64,000 bases of DNA. Origin: Eledone cirrhosa. Its lineage: Eukaryota. Each line of letters begins with the position of its first letter. Position 1 is the first letter of the stretch. Where the stretch lies: contig OZ024741.1 in NCBI GenBank assembly GCA_964016885.1, forward strand, positions 355,074,001 through 355,138,000, in the 5' to 3' direction. The position numbers and the translations under genes are program-made. Positions 1 through 11,240 of this stretch are shown here, in pieces. The notes under the pieces are model-generated. The model saw only the letters and a list, made by a program, of their open reading frames with translations. It had not been told where the DNA came from and made no database searches.

Positions 1-21
1 TAGTTTTCTTTTATATTGCAG

Positions 22-140
22 GAAGGTCTTAATTCAGACAAATGTGGTTCACCACTTATTTCCAAGGTGGCCCTAATGTTACGACCACGGTATCATTTTG
101 TTGGCTTGCAAGGAGTTTTCCATGAAAGACTACCATATAG
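22..140 (+). CDS. CWF19L1: CWF19-like protein 1, internal exon ([39 protein letters not shown]); upstream exons lie outside the window
   Basis: tgcag acceptor and gtgatt donor; translation matches the recalled CWF19L1 motif PRYHF...ERLPYRNH; phase 2 joins the next exon. Confidence 0.93.
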
Positions 141-1244
141 GTGATTATTTGTTTGTTTCATTGTTTTTTTTACGCTAAACTCCACTAGTTGCAGACTGTG
201 CATCAACATGAGATATTTTCCTCTATGTTGATGCATAGTCTGCAACTGTTTCATTGATTATCTTAAAACAGTGGTTCTCACTTTTTGACCTGCGACAATT
301 TAAACTGAAATCAATCTTAACAGTCTTGGAGGGCCTCCAAAAGTCATGGGCACAGCCACTTCCTCCGAACGTAGACCCCCCCCCCCCCCCCACACATACA
401 CACACACACGCGCACAAAATATATATAAAGATGGTAATGAAATATTTTCTGAGTCTATGTGTATCTATATCATCATCATCATGAATCACTGTTTTGTGTC
501 CATTCTTCCATGTTAGCATGGGTTAGACGGGTTGTCCTGTTGTGGGCAATGCCAGGTCAGGTGACCATGTCTTGCTCACAGAACTGATTTTGGCTTGATT
601 TCTACAGCTGCATGCCCTTCCTAACACCAACCTCATTTACAGTGAGTACTGAGTGCTTTTTATTGTGGCACCTACACAACCATTTTACAGTGTGGACTGG
701 GTGCTAGATGAAGACCCAACTAGGTCTGAGAATCAAAGGTCTTTATAATTTTTTCAGTTTACAGGGAACTTTGTATTTTTAGCATATTTATAAGTCTTTA
801 TATTAAAAATGTGTATGTATACACATTAGCACAGTCTTAATTACTCACTCTGTATATATACAGATATAACTTTATTGTACACTTCAGCTGCTTAGCACAC
901 TTCTTTATATATATATTATATATATAAAATAAAGGATAAAGATCCCATAACTCCTTGTGGAATCGTAAAGGCACCGTCATACGGCGTGTCTAGGGCACAT
1001 TTAAACCCGGTGGTGCTCAACACTCTCCAAGTCTGAACACAGCCAATTTTTTCTATAGAGGAAGAATCGACCCTAGTACTGGACTGGTACTTTTTTTATT
1101 GACTTTGAAAGGAAGAAAGGCAAAGTTGACCACGGTAGGATTTGAACTCAGAACATGCAATGAAGTAGGACGAATACCGTAAAGCATTCTATCTGACATC
1201 TTAACGACTGCCAATTCACCACCTATTATATATATATATATAAT

Positions 1245-3817
1245 AGACTTCTTGAATTTTGTGATGCAAGTACACTGACTATTTGCAACACAAACTTCCA
1301 GAAACCTGCCAATCACCTAATAACCTACAAATCTGGCGAGCACATAAGCCAGATTGACTTCTTACTAGTTAGGCAGCGGGACAGGAAGATAGTGTCTAAT
1401 ACCAAGGCATACCCTGGGGAAGAATGTACCCCACAGCATAGGTTAGTCGTTAGTGATATCTCAGTAAGCAAGAGATGGAATGAGACATACAGGAAGGTGT
1501 GGAGAAGAAAGGTCTGGAAGCTAAAAGACCTTTCACTAAAATACAAATTTAGGAAAGCCCTTCAAGATGTATATGACGAAAAAGAAGACGATTTAGAGAC
1601 GTATGACATAGATAATAACTGGAATTTCTTAGTGACAACTTACTGCAGGCTACTGATGAAACTTGTGGCTGGAGCAGAGCTCCAACCAGACAGAGAGTGA
1701 CTTGGTGGTGGAACAGCACAGTAGATAAGGCCATTAGAGACAAGAGACTAGCATGGAACGCTTGGAAAAAGGGTGGGAGTAGGGAAGAATATACAGCCGC
1801 TAAGAGAGAAGCTAGACGTCAGGTGTACTTAGCATGCAGAGAGGCTGAGAGTAGGAGGTTTGCCAATGTTCTGCGACGGGAAGATCAGAGGCGTGCGATG
1901 TTCCACATTGCAAGGCAGTGTGTCAATGCAAATCAGGATGTTGTTGGAGATAAATGTGTCCGGAATGATGCCGGTGTACTTAGTGTCACGAATGATCAGA
2001 AAAAGGAGGCCTGGAAATGTCATTATGAGAGACTGATGAATGTGGAGAACGAATGGGAGAGAGAGAAATTACCCTTAGTAGATCCGACAGAGGGACCAGC
2101 TATTGAGATTGACGAATATAGGGTCCAAGAGGCGATTAGGGAAATGAAAAATGGTAAGGCTGCTGGACCATCGGGAATAGTTGCTGAGATGCTGAAGGCA
2201 TCTGGGGACGTAGGCACTAAACTGGTTGCACGCATCATTAATCAGGCTATATATGGTGGTGTCATACCCAAAGACTGGTGCAGCAGTATTCTCATAAATT
2301 GCTACAAAGGTAAAGGGGATGCTCTGGAGAGGAGCAATTATAGGGGTATAAAACTGATGGATCAAGTTATGAAAGTGGTAGAAAGGATATTAGCACAACT
2401 AATTAGAGAAAGGGTCAAACTAGATGAGATGCAGTTTGGTTTTGTGCCTCGGAAAAGTACAACAGATGCCCTCTTCATAGTGAGGCAACTACAAGAGAGG
2501 TTCTTAGAGAAAAATAAGCCACTATACTTAGCCTTTGTTGACCTAGAGAAGGCCTTTGATAGGGTACCCCGATCTGTCATCTGGTGGTCCCTAAGGAAAC
2601 TAGGTGTTGAGGAATGGCTTGTGAGGACAGTGCAAACTTTGTACAGAGGTACTGTCAGTAAAGTCAGGGTAGGAATGGAGTTTAGTGAGGAATTCCAGAT
2701 ACAAGTAGGAGTACATCAAGGTTCGGTCCTCAGCCCACTCTTGTTCATTATAGTCCTCCAAGCTATAACAGAGGAGTTTAAGACTGGCTGTCCATGGGAA
2801 CTTCTCTATGCTGACGATCTGGTTCTTATAGCAGAATCAGTAGAGGAGCTAGAGAATAAATTCTGGCTATGGAAACAGCAGTTGGAAGCAAGAGGACTGA
2901 GAGTGAACCTAGCTAAGACAAAAGTGTTGAGTAGAAAAGAGGACAAAACTCTGATTCCGTCAGGGAAATGGCCATGTTCTATATGCAGAAAAGGAACTGG
3001 CATAAATTCTATAAAATGCACACAATGCAGATCCTGGGTACACAAGAGATGTAGCGGGATAGCAGGCAAACTAACAGGTAGGGAGAAATATGTATGCAGT
3101 AGATGTACAGGGAAATTAGACAGTAGAAGTCGCATTGATAGACACATTTTTCAAATGCAGGCGGGTGCTATAGAAGTGATGGATAGCTTCCGGTACCTAG
3201 GAGATCAGATTAACATGGGGGGAGGTGTTCCGAGGCCATAGTATCTAGAATAAGGACGGGTTGGAAGAAGTTTAGGGAGCTACTTCCTCTGCTGACGAAG
3301 AAGGGTTTCTCCATGCGTACGAAAGGCCAGTTATATGATGCCTGTGTGAGGAGCGCGAAGCTGTATGGTAGTGAGACATGGGCAGCAACTGCAGAGGATA
3401 TGCGACGGCTGGAGAGAAATGAGGCAAGTATGCTCCGTTGGATGTGCAGTGTCAATGTGCGTGAACGACTCAGCATGAATGTGTTGAGAGAGAAACTGTG
3501 TCTGAGAGGGATAGAATGTAGTGTGCGAGAGAGGAGACTGAGGTGGTATGAACATGTGATGCGCATGGAGGATGACTGATGAGTGAAGAAGTGCCAGGAA
3601 ATGCCAGTTGAAGGAAGACGTGGTAGAGGTAGACCACAAAAAACATGGGTGGAGGTGGTGAGAACAGACCTCAGATCGCTGAAGCTCACGGTGGAGATGA
3701 CGAAGAACCGTGACGAGTGGAGAGGACGAAGAACCGTGACGAGTGGAGAGATGCTGTGCTGAATAAGACTCGTCCCACCCTTGCAAGCAGGGAAGAGCGG
3801 ACGTAAAATGATGATGA
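1245..3817 (+). mobile_element. RTE-clade LINE, 5'-truncated, lightly decayed (end of AP endonuclease, RT, PHD-like finger)
   Basis: ORF 1697-3241 with YRGIKL, QFGF, FVDLEKAFD, GVHQGSVLSP, LLYADD; QIDFLL endonuclease end; (ATG)n tail; frameshifts near 1690 and 3235, stop at 3577. Confidence 0.95.
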
Positions 3818-3824
3818 TATATAA

Positions 3825-4136
3825 ATAAGAAAACATTACAGGAACACAACGGGAAGAAACACAGAAACATCACTGATGATGTCACAGATATGTGTGATGA
3901 AAGAACTCTGAGAAACTATATTTATATTTATGTTTTTTAACTGTTTGTCAATCAATGATAAACAGCTAGATCATTTATAGAAATATAAAAATATACTGAA
4001 GCGTAAACCAATCCAAACAGGGAGTGTGCTTTACTATATTTTTCCGGCAATTTTTTTAACATGACCCCCAAATATAACAATATCTGTTTCAACACACGAT
4101 TTCATATTAAAAACCTTGCAAAACAAAGACATCACC
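3825..4136 (+). repeat. Hammerhead-bearing repeat family; relatives at 30135-30699 and 25859-25940
   Basis: Shared AACATGACCC..CAAA.TATAACAATATC.GTTTCAACACACGATTTCA; hammerhead-like cores at 3870-3911 and 30441-30483. Confidence 0.6.
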
Positions 4137-4332
4137 ATATATATATATATCAGAAGATCCCGTAAAAGGGAGAAAGCAGCGGTTCTTTGCTTAAACTTTA
4201 ATCTTCACTTATAATAAATGTTTGCTCTATGGGTTTATTTATATACTTTATATATATAATCCTTATCGAGCCCTCTTCTTATTTTAGTCTTCACATTTAT
4301 TATTACTATATATATATTTTTCTTGTGACTCT

Positions 4333-4460
4333 AAACTCCGCCAGTTGCAGACTGTGCATTAACATGTGATATTTCTCTCCACAAAGTTCGATCACCAGCA
4401 GCAGAGTTCAAAGAGCAAAGATCATGTCCAGTCCATAAATTGACATTGTCAAGCCATCGT
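4333..4460 (-). mobile_element. 3' end of a second RTE-like LINE family; partial copy at 178-222
   Basis: Reverse translation RWLDNVNLWTGHDLCSLNSAAGDRTLWREI. Confidence 0.65.
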
Positions 4461-4839
4461 TTATATATATATATATATATATATAAAATCACTATGTTTG
4501 ATCCTTTCTCCCCAGAACATCATATCTCTAGAATTTATTTTCTCCTTATACATGTTTTTCTTGCAGGAGTTCACCTGCGACTATTTAAACTGAACATCAA
4601 CATCATCAATCTTATTGGTCTTGGAGGGCCTGCAAAGGTCATAGACACAGCCCCTTCCTTTGAGAGGTCAATAGCTTTGAATACTGACCTGGTCTTTGAT
4701 GACCTGTCCCACCCTTTTTAGTGGAGAAAATGGACATTAAATGATGATGATGAAAATGTTTATACAATGGGCTAAAATAGATGAGTAAGAAAGTAAATTT
4801 CCATGTATTTATTATAGTATCAATAATTTGTGATTGTAG

Positions 4840-4924
4840 GAACCACAAGGTACTGCGAGAAACTGCCCAACACTGCACCAGGTTTATCAGTTTAGCAAAA
4901 GTTTCCAACAAACAGAAACTAAAG
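4840..4924 (+). CDS. CWF19L1: CWF19L1 exon (RNHKVLRETAQHCTRFISLAKVSNKQKLK)
   Basis: tgtag/gtaaaa splice sites; phase-consistent; matches NH...AQHxTRFIxLAxV. Confidence 0.92.
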
Positions 4925-5127
4925 GTAAAATAATTAACCCTTTTGTTACCATATTTCTAAGGAAGTCTGCTGCTTATGTGTGTCAATTAACCATTTTTTT
5001 TACTGTATTTCTCATGAAATACTCACTATTTCAATTAATTAATGGAAAATTTTGAAGGTTTTTTTACTAAAATTATCAATTATTTCATTACTAAGATTAA
5101 TTAATATATGGTTCTTATATAATTGAT

Positions 5128-6258
5128 AAAAGAAGGATGCATGGAAATATTACTATGAGAGGCTGTTGAATGAAGAGAATACATGGGAAAGTGAAGGGCT
5201 ACACAAGGTAGACCCAACTGAGAGATCGGACTTGGAAGTTGACAGCATTATGGTAGATAAGGTGATTAAGGAAATGAAAGGGAAGGCAGCTGTCCCATCA
5301 GCAATTGTTGCTAAGATGGTTAAACTATTTGGTGGAGCAGGACACAGACTAGTCATTCATATAGTAAACCAGATAGTGCCGGAAAGTGCCTTACCCAATG
5401 TATAGCATCATAGTATCATTGTCAACTGCTACAAGGGTAAAGGAGTTGCTTGAGAGAGAGGCATCAAATTGTCAGCTCAGGTTATGAAGTTTACATAAAA
5501 AGTGATAGCAAAGTTGATTAGGAATAGAATTATTCTTGATGAGATGTAGTTTGACTTTATGCCAGGCAGAAGCACTATTGATGCCATTTTCCTAATGAGA
5601 AAATTGCAGAAGTACTTAAGTAAAAATAAGTCCCTATATTTAACCCTTTAGCATTCACATTACTCTATATATACTATTATATTTTCATGGTAAAGGCTTT
5701 ACCTCACATAATTATCTCACATAGTATTGAATCTATGAGATTTTGAAAGTATATATTTTGAGAACAATACCTTAACATCAGTATGAGTGGCCAGTTACAG
5801 CCAGTTTCAACAGAAAGAGGTGGAGAATTCTGGCCGGTTTTGCCCGGTTTGAACATTAAAGGATTAATATTTGTTGACCTGGAAAAGGCTTTTGATAGAA
5901 TCCCACATTGTGATCTGGTGAGCACTCACAAAGTGAGGGATAAATGAATGTCTTATGAGAGCTGTACAAGCCATGTGCAAGGGTGCAGTCAGTATGGTGA
6001 GGGTTAACAATGAGTACAGTGATGAATTTAACTTGCAGGTAGGAATCAACCAGGAATCAGTTCTCAGCTTTCTCTTGTTCATGATAGTCCCCCTGGCCAT
6101 AATAGAGGAATTCTAGACTGATTGTCCTAGCCCTCATGATAGAAACTGTCAAAGAACTAGAGCAGAAGTTCCAGACATGAAAACAAAATCTGGAATCAAA
6201 AAGCCTCAAAATAAATCTAGCAAAGACTAAAGTTTTAATAAGTAGGAAACTGGAAACG
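5128..6258 (+). mobile_element. Old RTE LINE fragment (RT region) interrupted by a TTAA MITE
   Basis: Degenerate YYERLLNEEN, NCYKGKG, FVDLEKAFD similarity to the 1245-3817 element. Confidence 0.85.
5640..5867. mobile_element. ~210-230 bp TTAA-target MITE (piggyBac-like ends); further copies at ~9839-10050, 10122-10340, 33835-34053, 49416-49628, 58113-58330, 62613-62910
   Basis: TTAA CCCTTTAGCATT ... AATGCTAAAGGG TTAA; this copy splits RTE LYL/FVDLEK at a duplicated TTAA. Confidence 0.8.
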
Positions 6259-6261
6259 ATG

Positions 6262-6637
6262 TTTACCATAACTAATTCCATATGTCTAACACCCATGGAC
6301 ATACTTACAAAATCAGAAAACAGCACAGCTCCCATGACTTTCAGAAACATTTTTTCACGCTCAGAGTTGTTGAAGCATGGAACAAACTACCTGCATCTGT
6401 TATTAGCTGTCAGGACACTGCATCCTTCAAAACTTCATTGCTTCCTGAAATTCACCAACACTACACCTGATACTCCCCCTCCATACACACGCACACATGT
6501 GTGTGTATCTGTATATATATCATGACTCATACACTTTTCATTTTCCTGACATTTGTACATTACTCTATGTACTATACATGCACCTTTGATGAGTTGTAGT
6601 GCACTGTACACAATAATTTTCATTATTATTATTATTT
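6262..6637 (+). mobile_element. CR1/L2-group LINE 3' end with (ATT)n tail; partial second copy on - at ~62995-63165
   Basis: THGHTYKIRKQ...HFFTLRVVEAWNKLP C-terminal motif typical of CR1-like RTs. Confidence 0.8.
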
Positions 6638-6687
6638 TAATCTGAAAGATTTCAATGTATTTTTTATATTTTGTTTTGTTTTTGCAG

Positions 6688-6816
6688 TTTCTTTATGCTT
6701 TTAACATTGAGCCTCTTGTAAATATGGAGAAAACAGAACTTATAAAACAACCTGAAGATGCCACGGAATGTCCTTACCAATTATCTCAATTACAGGAATA
6801 CAGAGTAAAGGAAGAT
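6688..6816 (+). CDS. CWF19L1: CWF19L1 exon ([31 protein letters not shown]...)
   Basis: Polypyrimidine+cag acceptor, gtaagt donor; 43 codons; matches LYAF.I.P...EL.KQP.D.TE.PY. Confidence 0.93.
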
Positions 6817-7779
6817 GTAAGTAGTTTTATTTCCACACAGACAGACAGAGAGATAGAATTAGAGAAAGATAGAGAAGAGAGAGATAGGGGAAATAGGTAA
6901 ATATAGAGTGGGAGAGATGGATAGAAGGAGAAATAGATAGAGCAGAAGAGAGAGAGAAGCCTATAGCTTTTGTTTCATCCATGGCCCTGAACTCCTGATG
7001 GAGACATTGGGGGTGCCATTTCGATATTTAAGCCTGATAGATATCATCCCCCTCCAGGTCTGAGCAGCTCTTTTCTTCGAGAGGGAGTGAGAAAGATAGA
7101 AGAAGAATCAACCAAGTATTGGACTGGTACTCTATTTATCAAACCTGAAATGCTGAAAAGCAAAGTTAGCCATGACAGGATTTTAACTTGGAGACCAGAG
7201 AGCTGGAATGAATACCACAAATCATTTTATCCAATGTTATCATCATCATCATCACCGTTTTACGTCAATTTTTCCACCTGTTGTGGGCAATGCCAGGTCA
7301 GGTGACCATGTCTTGCACATACATAACTGATTTTGGCTTGGTTTCTACAGCTAGATGCTCTTCCTAACACCAACTTTACACTCAATTTACAGTGAGTTCT
7401 AATGACTCTGCCAATTTGCCATCTATAAAAGCAAGTTGTATAGCATTGTTAATGTTTCAATTTCAATGTTTTGAAGATATTATAAAAGCAGTAAATTGGC
7501 AGAGTCATTGGGATATTAGATAATATGGTTTGTGGTATTCATTTTGAGGTCTATAACTAAAGTACCAATCTAGCATTGAGGTTGATTCTTACTCTCTATT
7601 TTTTCCTCACATTCTCTTGCTCTCTCTTATTCTCTGGAGGAAATTGGAATTGTTCAAACCCAGAGAAGGATCAGCTCCTTCAGATTTAAAATGTCATGGA
7701 TGTATATCATGACAGCATCCCTGCGACTCCATTAGCAATCAAGGGCTCATGGATGGTATGGAATATATTAGAAAGCTGG

Positions 7780-8250
7780 TGTATATTTACTGTAAAGGAA
7801 ATATATTTATATAGTCAAGACAATATATTTACTATAAGGTAGATATAATTATATAGTCAGACATTATGTTTACTGCAGGGACTGTATATAGTCATAGATA
7901 GTGTATTTACTGTAAGGTATATATAATTATATAGCCATAGGCAGTATATTTACTATAAGGTATGTATAATTATATAGCCATAGGCAGTATATTTACTGTA
8001 AGGATGTATAATTATATAATCATAAATAGTATATTTACTGTAAAGAGTATAATTATATAGCCAAGACAGTATATTTACTGCAGGGAGTGTATATAGTCAT
8101 AGACAGCGTATTTACTGTAAGGATGTATAATTATATAATCATAAATAGTATAATTACTGTAAAGGGTGTATAAATATAGTCATAGACAGCATATTTACTG
8201 TTAGGATGTATAATTATATAACCTTAGTATATTTACTGTAAGGTATGTAT
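7780..8250. repeat. ~40 bp degenerate minisatellite (ATATTTACTGTAAGGATGTATAATTATATAGTCATAGACAGT); resumes at 8583-8700 after the SINE
   Basis: Direct inspection. Confidence 0.9.
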
Positions 8251-8255
8251 AATAG

Positions 8256-8575
8256 TGAAGGCGTGTGGCTTTGTGGTTAGGGAATTCAGCTCACAATTGT
8301 AAGGTCATGAGTTTGATTCCTGCCAGCGCGCTGTGTCCTTGAGCAAGACACTTTAATTCACGTTGCTCCAGTTCACTCAGCTGGCAAAAATGAGTTGTAG
8401 CTGTAATTTGAAGGGTTAGCCTTGTCACATTCTGTGTCATGCCGAATCTCCCTGAGAACTACGCTAAGTGTACACATGTGGAATCTCAGCCACTTGCACG
8501 TTAATTTCACGAGCAGGTTGTTCCGTTGATCAGATCAACTGGAACACTCGTCATCATAACCGATGGAGTGTCCTC
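8256..8575 (+). mobile_element. tRNA-derived SINE; relatives at ~11730-11880, 17665-17780, 22065-22315, 51475-51606, 58330-58570
   Basis: A-box-like TGGCTTTGTGG, B-box-like GTTTGATTCC, central TGTGTCCTTGAGCAAGACAC. Confidence 0.75.
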
Positions 8576-8831
8576 CCCCCTCGTATAATTATATGGCCAT
8601 ACACAATATATTTATTGTAAAGGTAAAGTATATATAATTATGCAGTCATAGACAGTATGTTTTCTGTAAAGGATGTATAATTATATAGTCATAGACAGTG
8701 AATATTAAAGGTAACATCACAGTACCTTAAGTACAGTTCTGTAGTAATTAGATATCAAACTAACTTGACAGCTTTTTTTGACCAGCAGCAGAAATCTGAG
8801 CAATGTAATAAATAAATATTTTATTTTCTAG

Positions 8832-8931
8832 GAAGGTCAACAGTTCTTTTTTGATATGAAAGCTCAATCAGGCAAAGGACAGAAAAGATCTCAGGATGGA
8901 GAAGATAAACAGAAGAAAAAGCACAAACTTG
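8832..8931 (+). CDS. CWF19L1: CWF19L1 exon (EGQQFFFDMKAQSGKGQKRSQDGEDKQKKKHKL)
   Basis: ttctag/gtatgt sites; QFFFD motif plus basic linker; phase 1 donor fits the next exon. Confidence 0.9.
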
Positions 8932-10508
8932 GTATGTATGTATTTATATATATATACACACCATCATCATCATCATCATCAACACCATTACCACCATCAT
9001 CATCATTTATTGTGTGTTTTCTATGTTTATATGGGTTGATCAGCTTGTCGTGGTGTGAGATTAGACTTGCAAGAGAACTACATCTTGCTCATACATTCTA
9101 TTTTTGGAATGGTTTCTGTGATTGGATGTCCTTCCTAATGGCTAAAATATAATTATATGTTGGAATCTGACAGTTCCAATAACGAGTGTTCCAATTGTTT
9201 GATCTGAAAAATGAATAAGCAGGTTGTGGGACGATTATTCAAAACCCAAGAATATGGCCTAAAAGTAGTCACTTAAATGCTTAGGGATATGTGGATTCTC
9301 AGCTTTTGATCAGTTTTCTAGCTTTAGCAATTCAACCTCTATTGTGCACATACTTGTCTAAAATTCAGAATTTAAAACATGTCTTCTTTTTAACACCTTT
9401 CATACCAAACTGTTTGAGATGTTCCCTGGTTCTATGATACAAAGCTGTTTATGTTGAAGTGTTTATATTTATATAAAAACCTCTCATCATATTTTTCTGT
9501 AATAACTATTGTAAATTTATGTTCCAAACACCAGCTTAATATTGGTTTCTGATTTAGGCTCAAGGCCAGCAATTTGTTGAAGAGGGGAAAGTCGATTAAA
9601 TCAACACCAGTGTATTACTGGCACTTTATTTTATCGACTCTATAAGGATAAAAGCCAAAGCTAAACTCGATGTGATTTGAAATCAGAACATAAAAGGACG
9701 TAACTCTATGCTGCAAAGCATGTTGTCCAACGCTTTACTGATACTGTCCTTACAACAACTTAATAATAGAAGTTAAATATATAGTGCATTTTTATTTTTT
9801 TCTAGTATTGTAATCTGTTGCCCTGTTTAATCTTTCCCTTAACCCTTTAGCATTTACATTACCCTATATTTATTATTGTATTTTCACAGTAAAGGCTTTA
9901 CCTCACATAATATCGAACTTATGAGATTTTGATGTTATTTATTTTGAGAACAATACCTTAACATCAATATGAGTGGCCAGTTTGAACAGAAAGTGGTGAG
10001 AATTCTCTCACCACTTTCTGTTCAAACTGGTTTAAATGCTAAAGGGTTAACATATTTCTAATGAAAGACACAGCTCATGATTTTCTAATAATTTTTTAAA
10101 TAATCAAGAATTTGGAGGGATTTAATCCTTTAGCATTTAAACTGGCTGTATCTGGCCAGAATTCTCTCACTTCTTTCTGTTGTAACTGGCCACTCATACT
10201 GATGTTAAGGTATTATTCTCAAAATAAATAATATCAAAATCTCATAGATTCAATATTATGTGAGATGATTATGTATGGTAAAGCCTTTACTGCGAATATA
10301 TAATAGTATATATAGAGTAATGTAAATGCTAAAGAGTTAATACTAACTTTTTTAAGCTGTTATTTGGAGCATAACAAAAGTTCATGATGATTGCCCTCCC
10401 TCCACTGAAAAGTGTTATGGGGGTCGCACTCTCCCCTCTGTCAAAGCCATTACACCCTCCCTCCATTCAAATTCTCTTGAATAAATGATTCTTTTTAATT
10501 TGGTGCAG

Positions 10509-10588
10509 CACAACCATCTGGTCCTTGTTGGTTCTGTTTACGAGGAGAAAAGGTGGAGAAACATTTGGTTGTTAGTGTTGGAGAAACA
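10509..10588 (+). CDS. CWF19L1: CWF19L1 exon, start of CwfJ C-terminal domain ([26 protein letters not shown])
   Basis: tgcag/gtgagt sites; GPCWFCL...VEKHLVV signature. Confidence 0.95.
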
Positions 10589-11124
10589 GTGAGTGTATTT
10601 TTTTTGTACTCATAAAAGTTTTACATTATGTATTTATTTATAGATGGTGGGAATAGAAAGTGATAAATAGTGTGAAGAGAAATGGAATGAGATGGCTGGG
10701 TTATGTGTTGGATAGTTAGGGGAAAATGAAAGTGACTGGGTGAGAAGGGTGACGGAATAAAGTCAGCATGAATGTTGTGAATTAAAATTGAATGAGATGG
10801 CTGGCTCATGTGTTGAGGAAGGATGAAAGTGACTGTATGAGAGGGGTGATGGATTAGAGTCAGCATTGTATGTTGTGAATAGAAATTGATTGAGATGGCT
10901 GTATCATGTGTTAGGGAAGGATGAACATGACTGTTGAAGGAGGAGGAAGACCAAGAAAAATATGACTAAAGATGATAGAGGAAGAATTGAAAGCTAGAGA
11001 GTTGATTATGAGGGTGGGGTTGCAGAGAATATGGGAAAATGGTGAAGCTTAACATGGGTTTAGCTAGTTTAAGCCTTGCTTTAGCAAGGAAAATGGCCTT
11101 AAAATGCTTGTTGTCTATTTCCAG

Positions 11125-11240
11125 ACTTATATGGCTCTTGCAAAAGGAGCCATGGTTCCAGACCATGTCCTTATACTCCCAATTGGTCATTACCAATCTA
11201 CTGTTGTGGCACCAAGTGAAGTTGTTGAAGAAATTGAGAA
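11125..11240 (+). CDS. CWF19L1: CWF19L1 exon ([39 protein letters not shown])
   Basis: ttccag acceptor; ALAKG...[13 protein letters not shown] signature; followed by the ATATCCTTT U12 donor. Confidence 0.95.

Noticed and set aside
701-790. Possible decayed hammerhead (GTGCTAGA-TGAAGA-CC...TTTAGCAT)
   Set aside because: Both core segments are mutated; cannot be supported without a family consensus
3210-3885. 208 aa and 184 aa minus-strand ORFs (and 36354-36860)
   Set aside because: Antisense shadows of the RTE coding region
8256-8330. tRNA gene
   Set aside because: Degenerate A/B boxes without a cloverleaf; it is a SINE head
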